Positions 20,128 to 29,022 of a stretch of 64,000 nt of DNA are shown piece after piece. The first letter of the stretch is position 1; the number at the start of each line of letters is the position of its first letter. The stretch lies in the IMG/VR virus record IMGVR_UViG_3300024259_000011; one strand, given 5' to 3'. Source of the stretch: a virus. Its lineage: Duplodnaviria; Caudoviricetes. Made by a program: the position numbers and the translations under genes. The notes under the pieces were generated by a model, which did no database searches, was not told where the DNA came from, and saw nothing but the letters and a program-made list of their open reading frames with translations.

Positions 20128-21391
20128 CGCCAGCCTCCAACTCAGTAAGCCATGCATCGATGTCTAACTTCTGATCGCCGGCGAATGCCTCGCAAAACTC
20201 TGCATACTTTTGTTCAGCAGTAAAGTTGGCAAGTAGGTGCTTCTTGAGTCGAGTTGCCTGTCCCTTATAACGGGAGGAGTCTTTATACAGTGCCCGCATT
20301 TGCTTCTTCGCGCTGTCTTCCGTTGGCTCACACCACTGTGAACCTTTCACCAATACCCCTTCCCACACTACATCGTCGGGAATGTCAACCATGGTGTGTT
20401 CCACCTTAAGAAAGTGAGGTCGAAGCTTGTCGCTTTTCTTGCTGTTGCTGGGGGCAAACAAAAAGTCCATCTGCCCACTCCACGCAGGAGCGATAACTGG
20501 AAGACCTTCGTATGCTGCCTCAAATAGCGGAAGCCCGAAACCCTCTCCGTGTGTCAAAGTGACGAGGGCATTGATCTGAGGGTGTCGATATAGAGTATGC
20601 ATTTCTGCCTCAGACATGTGACCATGAACCAAGTGAATCTTGCACTTCCTATTCGGGAACTGACTCAGCGCTTCAGCCAATTGCTTCTTAACAAAGTCGC
20701 GGTCCATGTTGGAGGCATTCATATGGAAGACCTTAAGCACCAGCCCAGCATCCTCGTTGTCATTAAACTCTTCGATGAACCATTTCATCATATTAGGTAC
20801 ATTCTTGCGCGGACCCCACTGGGCTACGCACAGAAGGTTAAAATCTGTGCTGAACTCCAGTCCGAGATCAACTGATTCAAAACTCTTAACCGGATAGTTG
20901 ACAGCAGTGACTGGGACTTGAACGCTAGCGACACCAATCTTTTCATTGGTCTGGCGATCCATGATTGTGTATTCCGTACCTTCGTATACTTCCTTGGCAT
21001 GGTTTGAGACCACAATAATGCGGTCCATATCTCGGGACTTCTCGATCCATTGAGGGGCGACCCGGGTTGTTTCAATCCCAGCGGTGTACCCGACATTGAC
21101 CGGTGCGATCTTCTGCCACTCATTGGGAATGGTTACCTGCAAAGATATATCATACTCTCCGTTTTGTTGGTTGTGCTGTACCGTCTTATGCAGAATATTG
21201 TCCAGCCATTCTCGCTCTTCGTTGTCTTCATGAATCCAGCCGGTCTGACCCCAGCTAGTAGTATTCAAGTAGATATCGTATTGGTCTTCTTGTGATCGCA
21301 GAGAGCGTAAAGCAAATCGAGTTTGCTCTCCGTATCCGGACAATGTTAATGCCGGTCCAACGACTATCACCTTTGGTCTGTTATCACTCAT
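20111..21391 (-). CDS. GT4-family glycosyltransferase
   Basis: SGYG, PRKN and GEGFGLPLFEAAYEGLPVIA motifs; ATGA coupling. Confidence 0.85.
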   Translation of the reverse strand: MSDNRPKVIVVGPALTLSGYGEQTRFALRSLRSQEDQYDIYLNTTSWGQTGWIHEDNEEREWLDNILHKTVQHNQQNGEYDISLQVTIPNEWQKIAPVNVGYTAGIETTRVAPQWIEKSRDMDRIIVVSNHAKEVYEGTEYTIMDRQTNEKIGVASVQVPVTAVNYPVKSFESVDLGLEFSTDFNLLCVAQWGPRKNVPNMMKWFIEEFNDNEDAGLVLKVFHMNASNMDRDFVKKQLAEALSQFPNRKCKIHLVHGHMSEAEMHTLYRHPQINALVTLTHGEGFGLPLFEAAYEGLPVIAPAWSGQMDFLFAPSNSKKSDKLRPHFLKVEHTMVDIPDDVVWEGVLVKGSQWCEPTEDSAKKQMRALYKDSSRYKGQATRLKKHLLANFTAEQKYAEFCEAFAGDQKLDIDAWLTELEAGVEEHE

Positions 21392-22662
21392 AGCTCTGTA
21401 TGCTCCCATCCTTTATAGTTTTTGCGACCGTCTGGGTGGTTCCAAGAACCATAGTGTTCATATGCTTCTTCTAACAGGCTAACCCAGCGGTCAGTATATA
21501 CCTGAAAGTTATAGTTATTGAGCGTGTGCTCTCGACCGGCTAGCCCCAACTTGGAGCGGTCTGCCGAAGACATCTCATATACCTTCTTAAGAGCCGAAAC
21601 AAGCTGCTGAGAACCAATCCTGTCTTCGTAGATATAAGGTACGTCTTGGGAGCCAATAACTGCCTTTGAAGAGGGCTCAAGCCCGATGCCAAACCAGTTT
21701 GTCCCGTCTGTAACCTGCTCCTGCAAGCCGCCGGTCATGGTGACAATGATAGGAGTACCACAAGAAAGTGATTCCAGTGTTGCCAAGCCAAAGCCTTCTG
21801 CGTCACTAATGTTAACCGTGCAATCAGCAGCGTTATACATCATAGCTAAACGATCCGGTGAGATCTTCTGTGTGGAAAGCAGCACCTGTCCGTCAACCAT
21901 ACCAGTTTGGTTCATGATTGCTACCAAGTCTTGACCGTGTTGGTCGTGGGGGTCTGTGTGCATAACCAATCGAGCCTTATCGTGCCCAACATCATCTAGG
22001 AATTCCTTGAACCACCAGATAAGACTACCACTCTGCTTACGGCGGGCATTACGATTATTCCAGAAGAACGTAACCTTGTTGTCATCCTCGCCCTCAGGGA
22101 TGTTATAAAACCCATTCCGGAATTCCTTCAGGCTGTCTTGCGACATTGGAGCAAAGATTGACCCGTCAACAGCGTGAGGAAGATACTCGGTATCTACATC
22201 GGGCGACACATTGCGTACGATTTCATCTGTAACCTTAGAGATGGTTACAACCTTATCGTTTGAATCATAGAATCGCTTATTGAACATGGGGTACGGCTTG
22301 TTGTCCCAAACATGATAATAAATCATAGGGACCAGCGGTCGGACTTCCTGCTCAATAATCCAAAGCCACGGGAAGAAGCGTGGATCGGTCATAAACCAGA
22401 GTATATCTGGGCGCTCTGTCCGAAGAATAGAACGCACTGCGTCTGCAGTGCCGTAACCATCCACTGGATAGATCTTCCACAAGTCTCCATACTGTTCTGT
22501 CTTCTGCGGCTTGTGATCCGGATGCTTGATAGCGCCGCCCAAACTGACAACTTCAAATTTGCCAGACTGGAGCAGCGCTTCAATCATATATTTGGTCTGA
22601 GTCCCTACACCCGAAGGTGATAAAGGGTGATCAGAGATTGTTAATACTTTGATTTTTCTCAC
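21388..22662 (-). CDS. GT4-family glycosyltransferase
   Basis: SGVG, RNARRK and AEGFGLATLESLSCGTPII motifs. Confidence 0.88.
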   Translation of the reverse strand: MRKIKVLTISDHPLSPSGVGTQTKYMIEALLQSGKFEVVSLGGAIKHPDHKPQKTEQYGDLWKIYPVDGYGTADAVRSILRTERPDILWFMTDPRFFPWLWIIEQEVRPLVPMIYYHVWDNKPYPMFNKRFYDSNDKVVTISKVTDEIVRNVSPDVDTEYLPHAVDGSIFAPMSQDSLKEFRNGFYNIPEGEDDNKVTFFWNNRNARRKQSGSLIWWFKEFLDDVGHDKARLVMHTDPHDQHGQDLVAIMNQTGMVDGQVLLSTQKISPDRLAMMYNAADCTVNISDAEGFGLATLESLSCGTPIIVTMTGGLQEQVTDGTNWFGIGLEPSSKAVIGSQDVPYIYEDRIGSQQLVSALKKVYEMSSADRSKLGLAGREHTLNNYNFQVYTDRWVSLLEEAYEHYGSWNHPDGRKNYKGWEHTEL

Positions 22663-22677
22663 TTAGTTTTTTTCCTT

Positions 22678-23436
22678 TTACGGACAATCTGCAGTTTTAT
22701 AGAATGCACACCGTTGACACGACAAGCGATTCTTGATGTAGTTGCCCTTGATAATATTTTCTAATGCTCGGTGCAATAGCCCCAATGCATTTTCGGTCTT
22801 CTTAGGACCGCTCGTAACTCTAAAAATCTCAACCCTGTTCTTCTTAGCGGTTCGCTTAAGAAGCGCAAAGTGAGTCTCAATTAACTTTGGGTCAATCCCG
22901 TGCTTAATCGCATAGAAGTGCTTGTACAAAGTCAACTGATATGTGGTCATGGGCTCGCTTCGGCGTTGGGCATTCCAACCCCACGAACATGACTTCCAAT
23001 CCATGATGTGATACTTGCCATCGCTGGTCTTAAGTACCGCATCGATGAACCCCTTGAAGTTAAGGTCGTAGCCGTCGATAGGCTCCATTAGCTGCTCCTC
23101 GGTAGAAACAACCTCGTACTCTTCAAAGTAGTCTCCCAAGGCATCGTCGATCTCGGGAATGATTTGCTTCCCTTGACTTGCCATGTTAACAACAAGTTTC
23201 TTATCGACTTTAATATCATCGTCAAGACTTGCAATGTTCTTCTTGAGTTCTTCTATAAATAGTTCATCGCTTACAGCCTCCTGAAGCAGCTTCTTCTCAC
23301 AGATAGTGTGAATAGCAGTTCCAAATGCAGTAAACTCATTACCCTTAAAGCCCTTTAGCTTGTCGATATGGACAAGCTTGTGATAAAAGGCGCAGGTATT
23401 CCAATTTTTTAGTTCAGAGTACGAAATGTGACTCAT
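22678..23436 (-). CDS. PD-(D/E)XK nuclease (RecB-like/Cas4-like)
   Basis: ISYSEL, FGTAIH, GFIDAV...IMDWKS, YQLTLY and C-terminal C..C..Y..C. Start at MSHISY after GAGG. Confidence 0.85.
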   Translation of the reverse strand: MSHISYSELKNWNTCAFYHKLVHIDKLKGFKGNEFTAFGTAIHTICEKKLLQEAVSDELFIEELKKNIASLDDDIKVDKKLVVNMASQGKQIIPEIDDALGDYFEEYEVVSTEEQLMEPIDGYDLNFKGFIDAVLKTSDGKYHIMDWKSCSWGWNAQRRSEPMTTYQLTLYKHFYAIKHGIDPKLIETHFALLKRTAKKNRVEIFRVTSGPKKTENALGLLHRALENIIKGNYIKNRLSCQRCAFYKTADCP

Positions 23437-23443
23437 GATAACC

Positions 23444-23776
23444 TCAGCTATCAGTTGTTTTTGGGGTTGCTTTCTTAGTAGCAGTCTTCTTAGCAGTAGT
23501 CTTCTTAGCAGTGCTCTTGGCAGGTGCCTCAAAGAGCCATTCGCCAGTGCTGTTACCGCCCTTCCCTTCGCGGGAAACCCAGTTTGTCAGCCGGGTGCCA
23601 CCCTTAACCAGTTCATATGTACCAAAACCATTATCTCTAATGATGTTGATCGCTGCTTGGTCATCCATTTCTAAAATGGGGTCGCGAGCCTTTACTCGTT
23701 TGGGTAGTTCCACTGCAAGCGTAATGTGCTGCTTGTCTTTACTCACTTTAATATCATAGGCATAGTTAGTAGCCAT
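23444..23776 (-). CDS. Hypothetical protein with histone-H1-like AKKT-repeat tail
   Basis: Start at MATNYA; tail AKSTAKKTTAKKTATKKATPK. Confidence 0.65.
   Translation of the reverse strand: MATNYAYDIKVSKDKQHITLAVELPKRVKARDPILEMDDQAAINIIRDNGFGTYELVKGGTRLTNWVSREGKGGNSTGEWLFEAPAKSTAKKTTAKKTATKKATPKTTDS
23471..23515. repeat. Imperfect 15-bp tandem repeat encoding the TAKKT tail
   Basis: CTTCTTAG(T/C)AG(C/T)AGT units visible on the + strand. Confidence 0.7.
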
Positions 23777-24539
23777 CGTTAATCCATCCTTGTTCTTCTT
23801 CTTCCATTTCGTCCTCAGGTTGGAATTGACCTGCTTGTATGATCTCCATGATTTTACTATGGAGAGCGGGACATGTTTTTTTAATATATTTCGGATCTTC
23901 ACCCGAAAAAATCGCCTCAAACCCATTTGCCCAATATTCAGATAAAGAGGTTGCGGCATATGGCGACAGATACAAGCCCGTAACCAGATGTCTTAGTTTA
24001 TCATATCCTACAGTTTTATACAAGAACTTATCGAACTTTTTATCATAATCCGGGTTGATGTAGTCATACATAGATAGATTTTTAATGCCGTGTGCGTTCA
24101 GAGTGCTGTACAGTACGCGGCGCTTATTGATGAATTCTGTTTCTACCAGACCATCTCCAAAGATTTCCATTCCGAAGTTCTTCTCAACCGCATGAGCGAC
24201 CTCATGAACTACATCATCAAACATATCTTCTTCGCTTTTTTGGTCGTTTGTCAAGTAAATGGCACCGTCTTCATATACTGCGTCTAAATCTCTAGCTTTA
24301 AGCATTTGAAACTCGCCAATAATGACCGCATCAATATCCTGCATCAACGATGCTGGGAGGACTTGCTCAATCTTTGTCAATACGCCCTCAATATCAAAAC
24401 CCTTTGGTAGAGAGTCTTTAATGTATACGTCAATATGATTATGCAGTTTAGTCTGTGCAGCCTTGGTTTCGTTTAGAAACGAAGAAGAACTAGAAAGCTT
24501 TATATATTCACGCAGACCATCAGGGTACTTTGTCGTCAT
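23766..24539 (-). CDS. Zincin metallopeptidase (anthrax lethal factor-like)
   Basis: VVHEVAH plus downstream YAATSLSEYWANGFE third-ligand motif. Confidence 0.65.
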   Translation of the reverse strand: MTTKYPDGLREYIKLSSSSSFLNETKAAQTKLHNHIDVYIKDSLPKGFDIEGVLTKIEQVLPASLMQDIDAVIIGEFQMLKARDLDAVYEDGAIYLTNDQKSEEDMFDDVVHEVAHAVEKNFGMEIFGDGLVETEFINKRRVLYSTLNAHGIKNLSMYDYINPDYDKKFDKFLYKTVGYDKLRHLVTGLYLSPYAATSLSEYWANGFEAIFSGEDPKYIKKTCPALHSKIMEIIQAGQFQPEDEMEEEEQGWINDGY

Positions 24540-24897
24540 TTTCTGTTGTGGTTGCCCCGGGAGAGATTTCAATCTCACCCGAGTTTATCAAGTCCAATCC
24601 TTTCTCTGCATCATGAAGTGCTTGAGCATATCCGCGCATCCAGTTCTCTTCTGCTAACGCCAAAAGAAACTCTGGAAACTCAATACTCATTGCATGAATA
24701 ATCATTTCTGTTGTAACGTTGCCGTCTGTGGGGTTAAGAATGTCACCGACATAACCCACAAGCCACTCCTTCATCGGATTAACCTTTTCAACCGTCGCTG
24801 TCATTTCCGGACTCGGCGCGAGTGCATCCGGTGGAAGTTCTGCTTGCGCATCCCCCGTATCTACCATTCCATTTGTTAGCCATTTGATTTCAGCCAT
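24520..24897 (-). CDS. Hypothetical protein
   Basis: 125-aa ORF with AGGAG RBS directly downstream of a consensus sigma70 promoter. Confidence 0.7.
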   Translation of the reverse strand: MAEIKWLTNGMVDTGDAQAELPPDALAPSPEMTATVEKVNPMKEWLVGYVGDILNPTDGNVTTEMIIHAMSIEFPEFLLALAEENWMRGYAQALHDAEKGLDLINSGEIEISPGATTTENDDKVP

Positions 24898-24921
24898 TTT
24901 GCTTTTCTCCTAAACATCTAT

Positions 24922-24950
24922 ATTATAACCACATTTGTGTGGTTTGTCAA
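24922..24950 (-). promoter_or_regulatory. Sigma70-type promoter
   Basis: TTGACA-N17-TATAAT, perfect consensus. Confidence 0.85.
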
Positions 24951-24958
24951 CTGTTTTT

Positions 24959-26317
24959 TTATAAAATCTTTGCAGCGAGTGTCGCTACTCTTGATCGTTC
25001 GCCCTTTGTGAGCGTAATATGCCCTGCAATCGCATGGGACTTAAACTTTTCTACTGCATATGCCAAGCCATTCGTTGTCTCGTCAATATGCATATTATCG
25101 ATTTGCTCGATATCGCCAGTTAGGACAATCTTAGTGTTGTCACCGACGCGGGTAATGATTGTCTTGAGTTCGTGAACCGACAAGTTCTGCGCCTCATCAA
25201 TAATAATGAATGCGTTTGCAATCGAGCGTCCACGGATATAGGTTAATGCTTCAATCTCAATCTTGCCACTTTCAATGTATGTCTCAAGAGTAAGTTTGTC
25301 ATTGCCCATCAGAAACTGTAAGTTGTCCTGAATGGGAGCAAGCCATGGAGTCATCTTCTCTTCCAAAGAACCCGGGAGGAATCCAATGTCTTTCCCGAGA
25401 GGCTGTACGGGGCGAGAGACAATCAGCTTCTTATATGGGTTTTCCCGGCGTCCAGCGCCTGCTCCGTCCATTCCGATTGTCTGTTCGATACCTGCGGCGA
25501 TAGCACACAGAGTCTTCCCTGAACCAGCCTTACCGACCAATGTAATGATAGGGATATCCGGATTCATCAACATGTCAAGAGCGAATGCCTGTTCTTTGTT
25601 TCGGGCGTTGACCCCCCAGACTCCGTTTTTGTAACGTACGACTGGCTTAATCGGTGTCAGTTCGTTTACATACTTGCACAAAGCAGTCTTCTTTTCATTC
25701 GCGCTGGATACCAACATAACATATTGGTTTGCCATAAACTTGAGCTTCTTTTCTTCTTGATCCAATATGATCTCATCGCCATCATAAAAACGATCAATCA
25801 TTTCTTCATCGACCAAGTGTTCTGCAAATCCAGAATAAAGTTTGTCGCGATCTTCGACAACGTTATTAACAGATTTGTAGCCTGCGCAGCGCAAACCAAC
25901 AGAATCGCTAATGACTCTCATGTTAATATCGTTTGAGACCAGCACAACCTGTCGCTTGGGATTTTTTTGTTGCTCAGCCATGGCACATGCAATAATGATA
26001 TGGTCTGGTACAGTGGGGTCTAGGTCTTGCGGTAGAATGCCTATGTTCGTTGATGAATATCCACGAACATGTAACAAGCCTTTGCCCCGTCCGAGGCGTA
26101 CGCCCTCCAGCAAGCTCTTCTTTTCTCGTAGCCCATCCAACATTCGGATGACGCGACGAGCGTTAGCGCCTACTGTGTCTTGACGTTTCTTATGCTTGTC
26201 AATCTCTTCCAATACCTTCAGGGGCAAAACGATATCGTTATTACCATAAGAGAGAAGAGCGTTAGCGTCTGTTAGAAGTACGCTGGTATCTAGTACTTGA
26301 ATCTTTTTAGCGGTCAT
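24959..26317 (-). CDS. phoH: PIN domain-PhoH ATPase fusion
   Basis: VLDTSVLL PIN motif; GKAGSGKT, GFLPG, YIRGRS, IIDEAQN and GDIEQID motifs. Confidence 0.92.
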   Translation of the reverse strand: MTAKKIQVLDTSVLLTDANALLSYGNNDIVLPLKVLEEIDKHKKRQDTVGANARRVIRMLDGLREKKSLLEGVRLGRGKGLLHVRGYSSTNIGILPQDLDPTVPDHIIIACAMAEQQKNPKRQVVLVSNDINMRVISDSVGLRCAGYKSVNNVVEDRDKLYSGFAEHLVDEEMIDRFYDGDEIILDQEEKKLKFMANQYVMLVSSANEKKTALCKYVNELTPIKPVVRYKNGVWGVNARNKEQAFALDMLMNPDIPIITLVGKAGSGKTLCAIAAGIEQTIGMDGAGAGRRENPYKKLIVSRPVQPLGKDIGFLPGSLEEKMTPWLAPIQDNLQFLMGNDKLTLETYIESGKIEIEALTYIRGRSIANAFIIIDEAQNLSVHELKTIITRVGDNTKIVLTGDIEQIDNMHIDETTNGLAYAVEKFKSHAIAGHITLTKGERSRVATLAAKIL

Positions 26318-26350
26318 ACTGCCTTTCTGTTGTTGTCTCATACATAATTA

Positions 26351-26620
26351 TCACCTTCTTCGTTTTTTTGGTATTTTACCATAGCTTGTACCAAAAATAG
26401 CTGCAAATGCTGCATATATCCTCATAAATAATGAAGGCTTTATATACATTACGCCTTTCCCTGCTCGTTTCTGTGCTTTCTTATACTCTATCGGTGTTAA
26501 TGCCAAGTTTTCCACAGTGCCATCATCAGTAACGACTGTTACTCTATAGTATGATAACTTCTGCGGACGTTGTTTTAAAATTTTTGGAGTCAAATATTCT
26601 ACTTTTCCTATAAATCTCAT
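26351..26620 (-). CDS. Hypothetical basic protein
   Basis: 89-aa ORF with GGAGG RBS and upstream CTATTTA motif. Confidence 0.6.
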   Translation of the reverse strand: MRFIGKVEYLTPKILKQRPQKLSYYRVTVVTDDGTVENLALTPIEYKKAQKRAGKGVMYIKPSLFMRIYAAFAAIFGTSYGKIPKKRRR

Positions 26621-26663
26621 TCATAACAACCTCCCATGGGTCACAAATGTGCGTTATAAATAG

Positions 26664-26855
26664 TCAGCTAACCGGACTTATTACCCTCAATTGTGTTGAT
26701 CTCCACCAGCCAATCGGATTTGTTTCTGTTGACCATAGTACCTTCACATCGACATGGGGCGGAGTTGCCTGTTCTAATGTTTCAAGAACGACACCGATAG
26801 CTGTTATGTCACGTTCCTCATCGTATAGATGAACAACCAGATCACCGACTTTCAT
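26664..26855 (-). CDS. Small KVGD-type beta-barrel protein
   Basis: MKVGDLVVH...GVV...VKVLW...QLRVIS. Confidence 0.7.
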   Translation of the reverse strand: MKVGDLVVHLYDEERDITAIGVVLETLEQATPPHVDVKVLWSTETNPIGWWRSTQLRVISPVS

Positions 26856-27339
26856 TTTCCAGCATCTCCTCGATCAGACTAATATAAATAGCTTCCTCGC
26901 CGGCGATATAGCCAGTATGAATGTGAACAATGCGTCCTTGCCGATCAATGATAACAGTGTATGGGATGGCTTTCGATGGATTATACTGTGCAACCACACT
27001 GGTGTCCTTATCCAATAAGGTCGTGAACTCATATTTGCGCGCCTTTACATAAGCCTTCGCTTTAGAACTTGCTCTTGCCGCGTCAATACTTATAGCAACT
27101 ACTTCCACGCCCCTATCGGCGTATGTTTTATCAATAGCATTAAGGTGTGGAAGTTCAGTGGCACATGGTCCGCACCACGTAGCCCAAAAGTTTAGTACTA
27201 TGATCTCGCCACGGTGCTCTGACAACCTATATAGGGTGCCATTGATATCTCTCAAAGAGAAGTCGGTAGCAAGAGGGTTGGTGCCGTGAGCCGCTAATGG
27301 CATTGCAAACAACAAAAATGATAATAGAAACTTCTTCAT
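26842..27339 (-). CDS. Exported TlpA/ResA-like thioredoxin
   Basis: Signal peptide, LNFWATWCGPC and IPYTVIIDRQG. Confidence 0.9.
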   Translation of the reverse strand: MKKFLLSFLLFAMPLAAHGTNPLATDFSLRDINGTLYRLSEHRGEIIVLNFWATWCGPCATELPHLNAIDKTYADRGVEVVAISIDAARASSKAKAYVKARKYEFTTLLDKDTSVVAQYNPSKAIPYTVIIDRQGRIVHIHTGYIAGEEAIYISLIEEMLENESR

Positions 27340-27346
27340 AATTCTC

Positions 27347-27445
27347 CTACTTCTTCTTGCCGCGTGCCTTGCGACGGTTGGAACGCTTCTTAGAGCCGAC
27401 CTTACGCCGGCGCCTTGACTTTTTATGTTTTGCTTTGTAGCTCAT
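27347..27445 (-). CDS. 32-aa Arg/Lys-rich peptide MSYKAKHKKSRRRRKVGSKKRSNRRKARGKKK
   Basis: Below the ORF-track cutoff; has a GAGG RBS and sits directly downstream of a perfect sigma70 promoter. Confidence 0.7.
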   Translation of the reverse strand: MSYKAKHKKSRRRRKVGSKKRSNRRKARGKKK

Positions 27446-27701
27446 TATTCTCTACCTCTATTATACAACCATCGTGAACAAATGTCAAGTCCCCAACCCT
27501 AAGCGGAATCGACCATTCTTTGCGGAGGACAACTAACTCTTCTTCGTACAATGTCTCAGCCATCCACCCACCATAGCCGCCCCAGCTACCGTCGCGGGGT
27601 ACATATTCATATGTCTTAAGCTTTACATGGATATATGGGATTGAATCCCCTGCGATAGACTTGACTAATACAATATCGTTCTCTTTGTGCTTTGGTTTCA
27701 T
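27423..27701 (-). CDS. Small beta-barrel-like hypothetical protein
   Basis: KENDIVLVKS start resembles the KVGD family. Confidence 0.55.
   Translation of the reverse strand: MKPKHKENDIVLVKSIAGDSIPYIHVKLKTYEYVPRDGSWGGYGGWMAETLYEEELVVLRKEWSIPLRVGDLTFVHDGCIIEVENNELQSKT
27460..27488 (-). promoter_or_regulatory. Sigma70-type promoter
   Basis: TTGACA-N17-TATAAT. Confidence 0.8.
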
Positions 27702-27710
27702 TATAACATA

Positions 27711-28481
27711 TCAGATTGGCGCCATGAATGACCCTATGCGGATCCACCCGAGGCTGGCTCCAATGCACTGAAGTACTACCGCGTCGAGGTTTGCTAAAGT
27801 CAAGTCACCGGCAACATTATCTATGTTTTTACCGTTACGTGAAATCGTCAGCATGTTATTGGCGCCGTTGCTGCCTGAATCCATTCTCTTAATCGTATAT
27901 ATTCTACCAGCCATGGCGTCTGTCGCAGATGGCAATGTAAGAGTAAATGCTGATGAGTTGCAATCTGCGACAATACAAAAGTCAGTTGCGGTTATTGTGT
28001 AAGCGCTTGTCCGTAAAGTTCCAGTTGGAAATGATACTGACGATGCTACATGTAAACCAGAGCCCGGGGTACTTGTTCCAATCCCGACTGCTCCATTCAC
28101 TCCATCAACATGAATATATGCATTATAATTTGCTCTGACAGTGAGAGATTCAGTTCCTGCAGATGCGTTTCCCTTGATCGATACAGAGCTGTCTCCCCAA
28201 AGTACACCACGATCATTGTCACAATAAAAACTGTTAGCCTCAACTCTGACGCCACCTCCCTTAAAATTAAAGAAGTTCCAAGAGGCGGGGGAGCCGGCTG
28301 TGGAGGCGTTTCCAAACGCAATACCACCGTCAGCATTTATTACAAGCCGCTGGGTGCCGGCTGTGTCAAAGCGAATCTTGTCTTCATCACTGGATTCTTC
28401 TACTTGAACTTTGGTGTCGCCATCGGCATCTTCCAAGGTGTCTTCTTTCCCTTGACTTGGGTTTATCTTGGTAGTCGCCAT
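27711..28481 (-). CDS. Putative virion structural / tail-fibre-like protein
   Basis: DADGDTKVQVEESSDEDKIRFDTAG and GIGTSTP motifs, plus C-terminal AYTIT..D...TLTLP...GRIYTIK, all recurrent in phage fibre proteins. Confidence 0.55.
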   Translation of the reverse strand: MATTKINPSQGKEDTLEDADGDTKVQVEESSDEDKIRFDTAGTQRLVINADGGIAFGNASTAGSPASWNFFNFKGGGVRVEANSFYCDNDRGVLWGDSSVSIKGNASAGTESLTVRANYNAYIHVDGVNGAVGIGTSTPGSGLHVASSVSFPTGTLRTSAYTITATDFCIVADCNSSAFTLTLPSATDAMAGRIYTIKRMDSGSNGANNMLTISRNGKNIDNVAGDLTLANLDAVVLQCIGASLGWIRIGSFMAPI

Positions 28482-28663
28482 TACTTGCTTACCTTAAAGC
28501 TGCTTGACGGTTCTGCATGCAGCAGGATTTCTCGATTAGGAGTCCAACTTGAGACCTCCAGATACTTCGCCTTTGCCTCTTCTTTATTAGATGCCATAAT
28601 CGCGCCTAAGTCGCGATACTTTTTGGTCTTTCTGTTGTATTCTTGAATAATATAATTTTCCAT
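28481..28663 (-). CDS. Hypothetical protein (60 aa)
   Basis: Start at MENYII after GAAGGAG; the longer ORF-track version runs through tRNA-Asn. Confidence 0.65.
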   Translation of the reverse strand: MENYIIQEYNRKTKKYRDLGAIMASNKEEAKAKYLEVSSWTPNREILLHAEPSSSFKVSK

Positions 28664-28677
28664 GATATCTCCTTCAA

Positions 28678-28754
28678 TGGCTGGGGCGGCAGGACTCGAA
28701 CCTGCAACCTCCCGGGTAACAACCGGGTGTCCGTGCCTGTCGGACCTCACCCCA
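28678..28754 (-). tRNA. trnN: tRNA-Asn(GTT), atypical D-arm
   Basis: Cloverleaf TGGGGTG/CGCCCCA, CCCGG-TTGTTAC-CCGGG, TTCGAGT T-loop, G73, encoded CCA. Confidence 0.85.
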
Positions 28755-28799
28755 CTATTTAGTTCTATAGTAAATAGTTTGCTTTTCTGTGTTCTCCTG

Positions 28800-28875
28800 T
28801 GGTGGGTCAACTGGGGCTTGAACCCAGAACCTACGGGTTAAAAGCCCGGTGCTCTACCAATTGAGCTATTGACCC
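28800..28875 (-). tRNA. trnK: tRNA-Lys(TTT)
   Basis: GGGTCAA/TTGACCC acceptor, CTTTTAA loop, TTCAAGC T-loop, CCA. Confidence 0.93.
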
Positions 28876-28884
28876 ATAAAAAAT

Positions 28885-29013
28885 GCTCCCCAGCATCGAC
28901 TCGACCAAACACGTTTCATCGGGCTTGTCACCCTCCACGCCATCTGCATTGCAATTTAGTCCTCATGGCGATCTGCACGTAGGCGCTTTTCCGGGGCGCC
29001 GCTGAACGGGAGC
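28885..29013 (-). ncRNA. Candidate structured ncRNA between tRNA-Gly and tRNA-Lys
   Basis: Closing helix GCTCCC..CAGC/GCTG-GGGAGC with inner hairpins GGCGC/GCGCC, CGCCAT/ATGGCG and GGG/CCC; no credible ORF. Confidence 0.5.
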
Positions 29014-29022
29014 GGAAAGGAA

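Noticed and set aside
22678-23436. Cas4 as evidence of a CRISPR system
   Set aside because: No array or other cas genes are present; stand-alone PD-(D/E)XK nucleases are common in phages.
28664-28810. Long N-terminus of ORF 28481-28810
   Set aside because: It runs through tRNA-Asn; a strong RBS supports the start at 28663.
28885-29013. Theta/HDV-like or hammerhead ribozyme
   Set aside because: Could not place the nested double pseudoknot or a CUGAUGA/GAAA core by eye, and tRNA-Gly already encodes CCA. Kept only as an unclassified ncRNA.
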